From contig CM121342.1 of assembly GCA_051530055.1 (NCBI GenBank), forward strand, positions 9,563,480 to 9,627,479: a stretch of 64,000 nucleotides of DNA. The letters run 5' to 3'. How positions within the stretch are numbered: position 1 is the stretch's first letter; each line of letters begins with the position of its first letter. The DNA is from Neoechinorhynchus agilis. Lineage: Eukaryota; Animalia; Acanthocephala. Below are positions 47,278 through 58,529 of this stretch, in pieces. Position numbers and translations under genes: made by a program. The notes under the pieces are model-generated. The model searched no databases and was not told where the DNA came from. It worked only from the letters and a program-made list of their open reading frames with translations.

Positions 47278-50200
47278 TTAAATTCCCAAAGGTCCATACG
47301 CCTTATGACAAGCGATCATTCGATCGGTAAACGAAGGACCATAAACGAATCCCGGAGAAGTTCTCGCGCTGAACATTTCTCGTGACTCCTCTATGATACA
47401 AGACGACAAACGATGCACTGCTTCAGTGTACCGGCGATTGAAATCTTGGATAGTATTGTGGCTTTCTTTAAAACCTTCAAGGCTAATTTGAATCGATAAT
47501 ATTTGTTTGTATACCGTGAGTGCATAAGTGGAGGCAGCTCTGATTCTTCGGAACGAACAAGCACAATGTCTTCGACGAGACTGGAGAAGATCGAGAGCCA
47601 GTGTGATGTCTCGGTTCAAGGCAGCTGAAGCTATTCGGCGAGCATATCGCAAACAATCGCAAGTAATCAAAGCGTCAACGAGTGTGGATTTGTTGAGGAC
47701 GGAATAAAGTACACAGAATGGACGTTCGATGCAGAAGTGATGGTTCGCCGAATGCATCCATTTGGTCTGAACGAACAATGAGCTGAGCGAAGTGAACACA
47801 TGGGATTTGAGCGCAAGGCGACTGAAATGCCACAAGATGTTCCAATAGACCGACGGGTGCCGAAATCGAAGACCGCTAACGCCAAGATTTTGCTCAATTA
47901 CATACTCGATTTCTTTGCGAAGCGCCATCGGGCTCAAATATTCTAATAGACGAGACTACGAAGCTTGAAAAGGCATACGAGAATCAGTGGGGAGAATTGC
48001 CGATTATTGCTCGAATAGAGGAAGGTAAGAAGCATCAATATTCTTAAAAGAATTGTTATTTTAGAGTTTTATACTTGCTTTTAACGCAACTTGTATTGAT
48101 AAATGCTAGTAGATTTTGATTTATATGAAATAAATAATATTTTGAAATGGGAGGGCTGATTTTGAGCCCGGAAATCGTGAATAGGTTACAAAAGCGATCC
48201 GTACCTTTATGCGCATAGTCTCGTCTAACATACAACCGCGGATTCAATCCATTTTTGAGATTTCTCGTTAATTCTCGTGTACACAGAAAGTGAAGGGACA
48301 ATCAATGCCGAACAGTAAACGCACCGGACTCTAAGTTCTGAATCATTAAGCGCCCACGCAGCCGTGATTTCCTCATCGAAAAGATAACAAGAACATACTG
48401 AACACTTTGAGCAACTGGTAATGGCAACGCATGGATCCGTCTTTCGTGAACTGGTTTTCCATTTGAAATTCAGACACTTTGAGTTGTCAATCTTCTTCTT
48501 GCGCTCAAGCTCATGTCGATGAGATGCAAATGGGATAAAATCCCTTTCGTCTAATATTTTCTTCTTCTTTTCTTGCTCGTTTGATTCTACCAAAAGAGGA
48601 TGAGATTTAACCGGATGCAATCTTTGTCCATAAAGCTCTTCTTTCCTTACATTTACTAGCTCTTGATTCGAGTCAACGACTTTGGTATCCGTTATGTAGC
48701 TAAGAAACCCACGTTCGATGGACAAAGGCTTGAAAGTGCTCATCAAAATACCGGCTTGGCACCGATAAGCAACCAAAAGGATATGACGGTATCCGTCACC
48801 GAATAGATCCAATCTGCTTTTATCATCTACAGAGCTACTAGTAGATTCGTAATTGTCAGAATTCAAGAACCGATCAAAGCTCGGAAAGTTTGTCGTTGGA
48901 AGCTTTAGATTCATTATAGTTTTAAGAAATGAATAACCTTGTCGTGGTTCGTGTCTCGCCTTTACAGACTTATTCAAGTACGAAATCGCATTTAGTACGT
49001 GCCTTAGTTTCCGCCATCGATTAATCGGCCGATCAGAATTCCATCTCAATAAAACTTGATTGTAAGCGGCAGTTGTTACGACGTCTACTGGATAGTTAAA
49101 CATTCTAAGTGTATTCATGAGTCGAACAGCGAGAGAAGCTCTTTGGTATACGTTACACATTTGCATTAAAATGCGAGGACATATCGGATCCGGTTGCTTG
49201 TTTGGGAAGCTGTGGTGATAATCCACTAGAAGACAAATTCCATATTCCATCGGATCGAATTCAGGATCGGTACACGTACAAAAATGATTCCGACTAAATG
49301 TTAAAAGCATTTAAAAATTTCGACGAAAATGATGTCGGAACTTTTATTTTGTTCCTTTTTTTCTTGAAAATAAAATCTCGAAAAATTTGTGATCACTTTT
49401 GATTAAGAATCGGAACCGTTTTAAGATTTCTATTGAAAACTTCATTAGCATATGCAGGTAAAAGCATAAACCAGATAGCCAGCGAATGATTGATCATCAC
49501 AGCACTACATTGGGCATCATCGTTGAACGTCTCATCACTTGCTTGTTCATCTTTCTCCGGTTTATTTCTCAACAATTTTAAAATCCGAAATTGCCGATAC
49601 AATGAATCAGTATCGTTGTTGTCCTCTATTTCCGTTGAATCAAGTCCTTCCTCGTTTTGCAGACTTTGAACCAGTCGTTCAATATAATCCATGTCGAGCA
49701 CAAACTTTCCCACCGTTAGAGCATCGTCTTTCGTTTCATAACTAGGAGGTAGAACAACAATGGTGTTTTTCGTTAGATCATGAATTGATTTCACAGATGA
49801 TCTACTTAAGGACAATTGCGAATTGGATTCTCGGGAAATGCAGTCATCATCATCATCATCATCGAAGTCGATAGTCTGCAATTCTTGTTTTGAACCACAA
49901 ATTTTATGCATAAACTGTTCGAATTTCACATGTCGCACATGATCAGGAGAAAGAACTCGTTGTTCAAAATATCTGTTAACTCAACCAATCTTAGAGAAAA
50001 ACGCTCAACTCGAAGACTGGTCGACTGAAATGACTGGGTTTGAACCAATAAATCAAAAAACTTACGAGAGTCCGGACGAGTCCGGACAAATCCTTCAGTG
50101 TCGAACAGAGAATTATCTTTTTCCGACGTTGTATGGCAGAATGATTGATACCCGCTCAATATACGTGCCATAAACGTCATAAGACCTTCGGATATCACTT

Positions 50201-52282
50201 CATTATCAACCTCGGGGCTCGACAGTTGCCGGGCAAGTAATTGCTTTAAAACTTTGTGTGGTTTTCTAGGTAAAAGTTTGAGGTTTATGTTATCCCTTTT
50301 GTCGGGCCACTTTATACTACCCGTGTCTATTGCAAGAATTCCTTTATTCAAAGAAACTGGATCTAAATGATATTCGCGAGACGTAAAAAAGGTCTTGAAT
50401 AACAGAACAAAATTTCTCAAACAAGAAAACGAACTATTCTCAATTTCTGTGTCTATAAATCTAAATTTTAACGATAGTTTTTTTTCACTCGTTTGTAGGT
50501 TAATCAAGCTAAGAAAAAAATGCTAGGTGATTTCATTAAAATATTTAGGCGAAACAAGGGCTATGTGCAACTCTGGGATCCTTGCATTTTAAATCGATAG
50601 CGACAACATCGTCCGGCGGAGTGTGATGGTCATAAAAGCAAGTATTTATCCCAAGGATGAACGGGAATGGAGCTTCTAATATTCCAGCGAGTCCTAAAGG
50701 GCATGTTGGAACATAAGCGCATTGCCATTGCAATGGATAAATCAGCTCATAGATAGATTCACATGCGGGTGTTAGCGATACAGTCTTCAATGCATGAACG
50801 ATGATTTTAACTTCGAGTAAAACGGCCAGAAGAGTGAGCAAGAAGCCTTCAACTCCGAGACATTTAAGAAGGGATCCAAAAGACGACATAGACTGCCTCG
50901 CGCTAAGGACGTTTGCTTGGATCGGTGGATCGTATTGAATGCTGATACGTGTAGGAATCGATTCAATCAATGGAATTTCATTCAGAAAATGAACTATAAG
51001 ACGTTCTATAGGTGGCGATTTGGTTAAACCATTAACCGATTTGTCATGGATGAGCGTAAGGATTCGTCGAAATGGTTCCGATAATGGAAACGCCGATAGG
51101 ATACAAATGGCTTTTGTCGAAAAATACGCCCAGTCATTTATGCGGTTTCCGGAAGTGAGAGCGTCGACGACTGGAACAGGAAGCGAATCAGCTTCGTCAC
51201 TTGATAGTTTTTCATAGAAACAAAGAGTGAACCCGTAGAGTTTGTTGAGATAATCCGTCTTTAATACGAATGAGAAGAACGTACGCAGGGTGCCAATGTT
51301 TGTTCTACCGATCTTCTGTTAATGTTTTCAAGAATTAAAGTGGCGTCATAAATTCTCAATTAAAATCTAGAATTAACCCATTTTCCTATGAGTAGGTGGG
51401 CCTCGACGTTTCATTTTATTTTTTGCCAAAAAATCTAAAAAAGATTCAGTGTCAATAGAGGGAAGCACAGAAAAAAGCGCTACCATTCGCTTCAAATTTC
51501 TGCCCTTTGAACCAGTATTGATCGTGGATACCTCGCATTTTGAATAAGAAGATCACTAGGCATAAATCCCGTTTATTAATTTCGACAGCCGCATTTTGTG
51601 GAAAGCAGAACGATGCCACTTTTTCGGGAATGGCACAATCGTTGGCGGATAAACTGCTTTTTAGTCCGTGTAAGAGTAAAGGGGCGCATTGGACCCTGGA
51701 GTAGGATATAAATGCTTTTTTGTAACAAATGAAAAGATCAGATCCTCCAAGAAGACTTCTATTTAAAGCTTTGTTTACGAGATTATAAGTATGTGGGACA
51801 TGGTCACCTTTTAAAATTATTAAGACATCCCGGACGGCTGGTAGGTTATTCTGACCGTTTGAAAAGCTCGCTCGTCTATACGTAAGGAATATTCGCGTTG
51901 ATCCAGGTTGAGCAGCATTAACATTGGCACAATGACCATCGACGGTTTCTCGGATTACACTTACATCGTCTAAAGGAACGTCTTTGTGTTCATAAAGAAC
52001 ACCTACGTCACATAAAGGAGGTTTCTCGAATCCTCGTTTAAAGCAAAGGAACATTTGTCTTGGACGTAAACCAGAAGAGTGAGTAAGACTCGCGCATGCA
52101 CCGGAAACCGTCTCCGTTATGATCTCGTATCCAGGCGGGCATTTCTCATTCTCAATCAAATTCACTAAAGCAATATCGGTAATAGGTTTTGGTGATTGAG
52201 TCGGGATAAACACGTCAGAAACAGTCAATCGAGGAGATACTCCAACCACGACAAATGAATCAATCATTGGATTCGATTCCAT
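47278..52282 (-). CDS. DENND4: DENND4/Crag-like Rab GEF (MABP, uDENN, DENN, dDENN); five hairpin-ended introns
   Basis: PITDIALV..CPPGYEII MABP domain, KVASFCFP, LYGFTLCFYE, YPLQWQCAYVPTCP, EAPFPFILGI, VAIDL|DTG, FMARILSGYQSF, RILMQMC, YLSPMALRKE, HPSVYWNILWHFSRLAL. Confidence 0.88.
47944..48230 (-). other. TA-bounded hairpin intervening sequence (287 nt)
   Basis: TA-tgt-tagacgagacta ... tagtctcgtcta-t-TA; perfect 12 bp arms; removal gives AVV|EYLSP. Confidence 0.85.
49277..49421 (-). other. TA-bounded hairpin intervening sequence (145 nt); a GT-AG alternative exists
   Basis: TA-aaacggttccgatt ... agtcggaatcattt-ttg-TA; removal is in frame. Confidence 0.55.
49973..50027 (-). other. Hairpin intron without TA/TA; GT-AG 49973-50025 or non-canonical 49978-50027
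   Basis: 12 bp stem tcgaccagtctt/aagattggttga with two G-U pairs. Confidence 0.55.
50328..50589 (-). other. TA-bounded hairpin intervening sequence (262 nt)
   Basis: TA-aaa-tgcaaggatcc ... ggaattcttgca-a-TA; removal gives IDL|DTG. Confidence 0.8.
51304..51556 (-). other. Hairpin-ended intron, exact junction unresolved
   Basis: TA-g-tgatcttct ... agaagatcg-g-TA, but TA/TA removal (251 nt) is out of frame; in-frame options are 253 nt (non-canonical) or 241 nt (GT-AG, 51316-51556). Confidence 0.45.
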
Positions 52283-53211
52283 TCGGCAAAAAAGAAGACA
52301 TTAAAACAATAAAAAAATTGAGGATAACTCGAATAATTGTTCTTTCGGTCTTGTTAAAAAATAATAAACTACATTTCGTATACACTTTTTATGGCGAATA
52401 CGCGAAGGCCGAAAATTATCAAATAAATGAATTAATTATTATAAAATTCGCTATAAAAAAGTAAATGATGAATACCTTTACAATTTCTTATGCGAAGCAC
52501 AATGATTTTTGCTCTTTTTGTAGATTTTATTATAAAAATAAATAGTCTTCGACGGTTAAAGGATGCTTTCTTTTTCTTAGTCAAAAATTAACTGATTTAT
52601 TTCCCAGATTGCAAAACGGGGACTCACTCCTTTTAAGATGTGTTTTTATGTAAAAAAGGTTTTCCTCACGCTGGCAGCATTCCCTCGTTGTATTGCGAGG
52701 GAGATGTTTAAGGAATGTTGTCGCACGTGGGTCCCTTTTCATCGCCATCGACCTCTTGGCTATATCTGAAACCAGCTGAAGTGCGGATTCTCCGAGGGTC
52801 CGAACGTTTCGATCCCGAAAGGCACAAAATGAAAGCTCTCCCTCAGCTCAGCGTATTTTGAAGCTTTCCGGCGCTCCGCTGCAGGCCTTTACTGGCTAAA
52901 TCAGCGAAGTACTTGGCCATGCGATTTTATTAGTAACTTTTATAGGGTCGATCTTTAATATTGGCATGATCTCGCATTGTCGAAATAGAATTCTCGTTTT
53001 TTACAAAATGGTTCCTGTGAACTGTTTCTTAATTTTGATTTAGCTAAAGTAACACGAGTGAAAAATAGATCATTAAAAATTATTATTTTGAGGGGATTGT
53101 ATTTGTTGGCATCCGCTGAAGATCCCCAATCACGTGCTAAACCCAAGGAAATGAAGCACGGCTACAGTTATAAAGAAAACTTGTGATCATAAATTTGAGT
53201 ATTTCTTTTTT

Positions 53212-55590
53212 TTATGGCAGGTTGCATCCCATAAGAGGCTTGCTCGGCTCCAAGATGTTTGAAATGTTGATGGAGGTCAGGGCACTACTCTTCGGCATGT
53301 CCAGGTAACCGTCCGGCTGACCGAATGCACATGATAAAGCATTTAATCCTTTGGCGTCTAATTGCGAGCCGCAGCGACATTCGTGTGGGAAACAGATGGG
53401 GGCACCCAATCTCAAAGAGAAAGCTATCCGGAATGTTTCGTTGCCCAAAAGAGTACCCAACTTTTCGGCCGGGATAGCTTCCAGCCAGGCGCCGGACTCC
53501 TTCGTCGAGCAAGCCATTAGTCGCGAACGTGACCTCTCGTCCAGTTGGTCTAGAAGTGATTTGTGAACCTTCTGCACCATCGATAAGTCCCACGATGACT
53601 GCTTTTGGCACTTCTGGGGGATTGTGGCTTTACCGACTTTAGAGGTCCATAAGGAGAGAGCATTATTAAAATGCTCTTCGTTAGACTCCGGATAGATCTT
53701 AAGGGAGTTCTCTCGACTAGCCGAAATCGAATAAAGAAAGGCCGGCAATGCGACGTCCTCCATGAGTCTGAGTCCTGAACCTCCGTAGTTAGAGGGTACG
53801 AGGAATGGTCGAAATCGATATTTACGATTTGGCTGAGCTTATTCCGAAGAAGATCATCCCGGCTCGACGGATCATCCTTGCACGCGAAGGCGGGTGCAGA
53901 TCTCGGCATGTGCAAAAACTTTGGGATACAGAGGCGGTTTTTAATAAAAAAACGGCTTCGTGAGGCTTTAGCTCTGAACATCTCTCACACAGTAAACTCA
54001 GGGCGGCAAAGATATTCGCTACGTCCTTCGAAGCGTTCTCCTTGAAAACGCATGAACCCAGGAGACTGAAGTCACAAATATTGATTCGTTTGATGCCCGG
54101 AGCGACATTTTTGAATTGCTCGAGTATCTGCGAACTTTCTGTTTCGTTCATGTTCAGGAGTAGCAATTCACACTTTGAGCTGTTCAACTCGAGGCATATC
54201 TTGGAGCTGATCTCGATGAAGTACGATTTTAGTGACCTCACCAATGGATTGATTGCAATGGAGAAGCCTATCGGGCCGAGAGGCCGCGTTGGGACCTCAT
54301 AATTTTTCCGCGCCGTAGACTGAAGAAATATTGTAGAGCCTGCAGGATGTGCATTTTAACTTTGTCAAGTAGGGCATTCCGTTCCAGAGAATTGAAAGCA
54401 TTTTTGAAGTCCACCTTAAAGACTACGCATCGATCCGTCGAAGTTTCAACGAAGTTCCTTAAGGCGTGAACGATTGATAGGCATCCAACAGCCGAAGAAA
54501 CCCCTTTCGAAACGATTTTGGCCACTAAACACCTGAGTGTATTGAAAACAGCGATCAGACGGGGGCAACCCCCTCTTTTCGTTAGGGCGTAAAGGGAAGG
54601 CAGAGAATAAAAGCTGAGTAATAAACGATCCTAGATTGTGATTAAGCAAGCAATCGAGCAACTTTCAAAAGGCTAGTTGGACTGAGATGCCACTCCCAGC
54701 GAAAGTGAAGGATACCATATCTTTTGGGTGTTGAGGACGTAAACCATCGACGCCGTGTCCTGAACCATTGGCAAAAGAAAATATCGCACGATTCAGCTCC
54801 TCGTCGATAATCGGATCAATAGGATCGGTAGTAAGGGCGGGTGATAGTTGTTGTTCGGGTACATCCGCTACTGTTGTAGGCGTCGTTTAGGGCGACTAAG
54901 GTAGAAGAGGAGGGTTCGCAGAACGTGGTCTCGGAGGACAAGATGCGTACAACCCCTCGGATGTCTCCATAATTTAACTTAGCAGATACCCGAGCACCCG
55001 TTGAGCGAGGTTTACTGGGCTTAAACGCGACTGAGTCATCTGAAGATTTTCGAGCTCTTTTCAAAAGATCGTCAAAGATGTTTTTTAAGTTCAGGATAGG
55101 TTTTTTAATTGAAGTGGTAAGGTTTTCGTCGGGTGTCAAGTCGTCCACACTTAATACTAAACGCGGGTACGCGAAGAGTTGTATCCATGCCAGGTCGGAG
55201 TCACAATCAGTAGCCTGGGATAGTTTCTCCGCATAGGCCGTGGCGACTTGGAAGCGGGCACCTTTAGGGATCCCACTTGGGAGAGATGATACGAGCGATA
55301 CCATGGAGGGATGTGTGGCACTAGGCAACGGATCGGGGAATGTGCTTTTCTTAATCTCGGACTTCACTGAATCAATAGGATGGTTAGATCCTGGGAATCG
55401 GTAGGAAATCGGGCCGCGAATTCTGATAAGTCCTCCTTTGGTGATTTGGAAAGTCTTTCTACATATCGGGCATGAAGATGAGGCTTGGGCGCAGTCGTTG
55501 TCCTTCTGGTCGTATTTAATGGCCGGGGATGCGGTTTCCGTGATGAAGTGACGTGTAGTTTCCGATGATGAGGGTGGTTGTCTCACCTCA
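53212..55590 (-). mobile_element. Decayed near full-length CRE-clade RLE retrotransposon
   Basis: CPICRKTF zinc finger, IPKGAR, GDIRGVVRILSS, KVDFKNAFNSL, CLELNSSKCEL, ESGAWLEAIP, CFPHECRCG. Confidence 0.85.
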
Positions 55591-56470
55591 CGAAATATAC
55601 CATTCGAGATTTACTCTTTTTCGAATCCCTTGATTTGTCTGTGCAACATTGACTTGGTCGCAATCCATAAGCTGTGATTGTTTCACTTTCAATATCCCGC
55701 TCAGTTTTAGTCCTGACGGATAGTAGGGAACCAGGTTCGTCGAGTTCGATTTTCTGAACAAGTATGTCAGCATGTTACCCGTCCTCGTTGAGATGAACTG
55801 AACTCGGATGAATTTCTTCTTTAAACCGTCTCTACCATCACTTTTTGTCGTGGTCTTCGCTCTAGCCAATGCCTTCCTTATAGCGTATGCCGGGTACTCA
55901 AGGTCCTAAAGTTTTGTAAAGATACTCTCAATGTCCTTAATCATCACATGGGCATTGTTTGCGATTTTTATGGCTCGCTTGAGGATGTTTACCGCAGCAT
56001 TGATTTTGTACTTGGTAGGTCCGTAGCTTCCCCAATGGTTCGTCCTTCAGGGTATACCTGGCTTATGTAATTGCGAATCAACACATCTAAGAAGCCTTCC
56101 CTGGTCATCCTCTGGGGTGATGCCCATCTTTATCGACGGATTTATTCCGTTCAATTGATCCTCTAACTTCATTTTAATAGGATCCTTGTTAGTCACTGCA
56201 AACCCATCGTCAACGTACCTCCAACACGCCACAATGTCAGGGGCGTTGATAAAAGAGGCTCTGACAAGATTTCTATCCAATTGTTCCTCCGAGTGGATGT
56301 GTATTCTCAATGGCGAATTGTTACACACTCGAGTTTTATTGAAATCAATCTTGCGAATTTTCAAGGCCTCCTTCTCAAGCATTGTTTCGCAGGCTGATGC
56401 CTTGAAAATTCGCAATGAAGATTTCAATAATAAAACTCGAGCAGTGTAACAATTCGCCATTGGGAATACA
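55590..56470 (-). mobile_element. Penelope-like element fragment (RT C-terminal part and endonuclease remnant)
   Basis: WRYVDDGF, LNGINPSI..., GPTKYKINAA, QTNQGIRKRV. Confidence 0.7.
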
Positions 56471-57130
56471 CATCCATTCGAAGGAACAATTGGATAGAAT
56501 TTAATTTGTTTGTTAAAGTAGTGAGAAATAGTAAATTAATGTTGCTTTTTCTTAATAAAAGTTCGTTAGCTACTCAAAACTGTTGAAGATTCAATTTGTT
56601 ACCATATTTTGTTCAGTCATTTTTCTGTTTCTTGATATTTTTACCGCTTTAGCAAAACATTTACTCGTATATAAGATCTGACAATGATTGCACACTTGCA
56701 AACAATGACAACCCTTGAAAAAAATGTTGGAATTATCTGACGATGTGAAATAAATCATCGGTGAATTTTTTAATCCCGGGGAGGGGGTTGCAAAACTACG
56801 AAAACGAAGGAAAAAACGAGTTTAAAATCGTGTTTTTACGTTATCTCACTAATTGTTTTGAAGTTTAAATAATTCAGCGACGAAAATAGTGAACATTAAA
56901 CAGTTAAGTATCCATCGAAGCATTCATTTCCAAATAACTCCATTTAAAAACTACCAATAATAAACTTTTCCAGCCGCATGATTGATCAAGTTTCGTAATT
57001 GATAAGAAAATACTTTGTTTTATCACAGACGTGCATTCCGCGAAACCTTGGATTCTTCCTTCCTTCGCCACCGACGTCTTTCATCCACTCGTCCCAAAAG
57101 CAATTCTCTCTCGCTTTCTTGTGACTTAGA

Positions 57131-57589
57131 ATGGCTCCAGTTCATGCTAAGAAGCGCCAAGCGACCGTTCGTGAAGTGGACCAAACGAAATTCGTCAAAA
57201 ACTATGCGGCTTTGCTAAAGAAACAAGGTCGAATCGAAGTCCCAAGTTGGGTGGACATTGTTAAAACTGGACCACATAAGGAACTATCCCCGGACGACGA
57301 AGATTGGTTCTATCTGAGATGTGCGGCAGTTGCTCGTCATTTATACTTTGAACGAAAAGGTTGCGGGCAATTGGCGTATAAATTCGGTGGACCGAAAAGA
57401 AACGGAGTTGCTCCAAATCACTTTACGAGGGCCTCTAGAGGTATAATCCGACGATGTCTTCAATCTCTTGAAAAAATCGGTGTATGTGAAGTTATTGCCA
57501 CGGCGAAGGGAGGTAGGAGACTTACAAAGGAAGGCAGGAAAGCTTTGGACGAAGTGGCTACTCAGATACTTCATGGAATTACCGTCTAA
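57131..57589 (+). CDS. RPS19: 40S ribosomal protein S19 (intronless)
   Basis: TVREVDQ, VPSWVDIVKTG..KELSP.D.DWFY.R.A...RHLY, FGG.KRNGVAPNHF..AS..IIR..LQSLEK, GGRRLT..G...LD. Confidence 0.97.
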   Translation: MAPVHAKKRQATVREVDQTKFVKNYAALLKKQGRIEVPSWVDIVKTGPHKELSPDDEDWFYLRCAAVARHLYFERKGCGQLAYKFGGPKRNGVAPNHFTRASRGIIRRCLQSLEKIGVCEVIATAKGGRRLTKEGRKALDEVATQILHGITV

Positions 57590-58529
57590 TGCTCTTATTT
57601 AAATAAGTTGTGGTTTCATGAAATGGTGATCACAGTGTGTGAAATACACTAATTGAATTCTTGAATCCATTGACTTTCTATATTTATTTCCGCAGGTTGG
57701 TTTTAAAAGATAGCTTAAAGAAGTTGTTAGTTTTTTATTCACTCTCAGATGTACACAACTTTTCATATATGGAGCCGGAGTAATTTATTGAATTCCATTG
57801 TTTTCGGGGAAGCTCAATTTTTTACGCTTTTTTGTATCAAAGTTGTTTCACAAATTAATCGCAAATTGAAAGAACTTTGATCAAAAGACGTACAAGATTG
57901 TGCCTCCGAAATGCTGGATCTAGTAGATTCTTTTAATTTTTCTGCCGCAGGTTGGACATTGCTAAAGTATTTAAAGAAAATTGTTGTTGACCTATAACGA
58001 ATTCTTCTTCCCTGAAATCAAATTTATTGATATCTCATTTTGCTAGTTATTGATGGTGAACAAATTTAATTCTGTTCTGGGCACAACGTACATACAGAAA
58101 TCATTATTTACACACTTTTTGGCCAATAACGAGGTCTAAATACCTACTTTATGTCCGTAAAGGGGAATTAAAATTCCCTTTTGAAGTGTTTGACACCACT
58201 CAGAAAAATCAATAAATTTCTTCAGATTAATCTAATCATGAATTTTCACACAATTTAAAAACAATTTTAAATCACCTGTAAAATGGATATAGTTTGGGTG
58301 GTTTCATCTCATTTTTGAAAGGTCTGCATCATTCACATAGCAGAGAGATTATATTTTTTAGTTCTCAATGAAAGATTCTAAATTGTCTATAAAAATTCTC
58401 CATGAATATATTTGAAAAAACAAAATATTGTTTCTTTCTATAATCTCTTATTTATAAACCCCAAATTCAGCTTCGGATGCAAGTCAATACGATTTGGTCT
58501 GTAAGAACGAATATTTGATTAATAATAAC

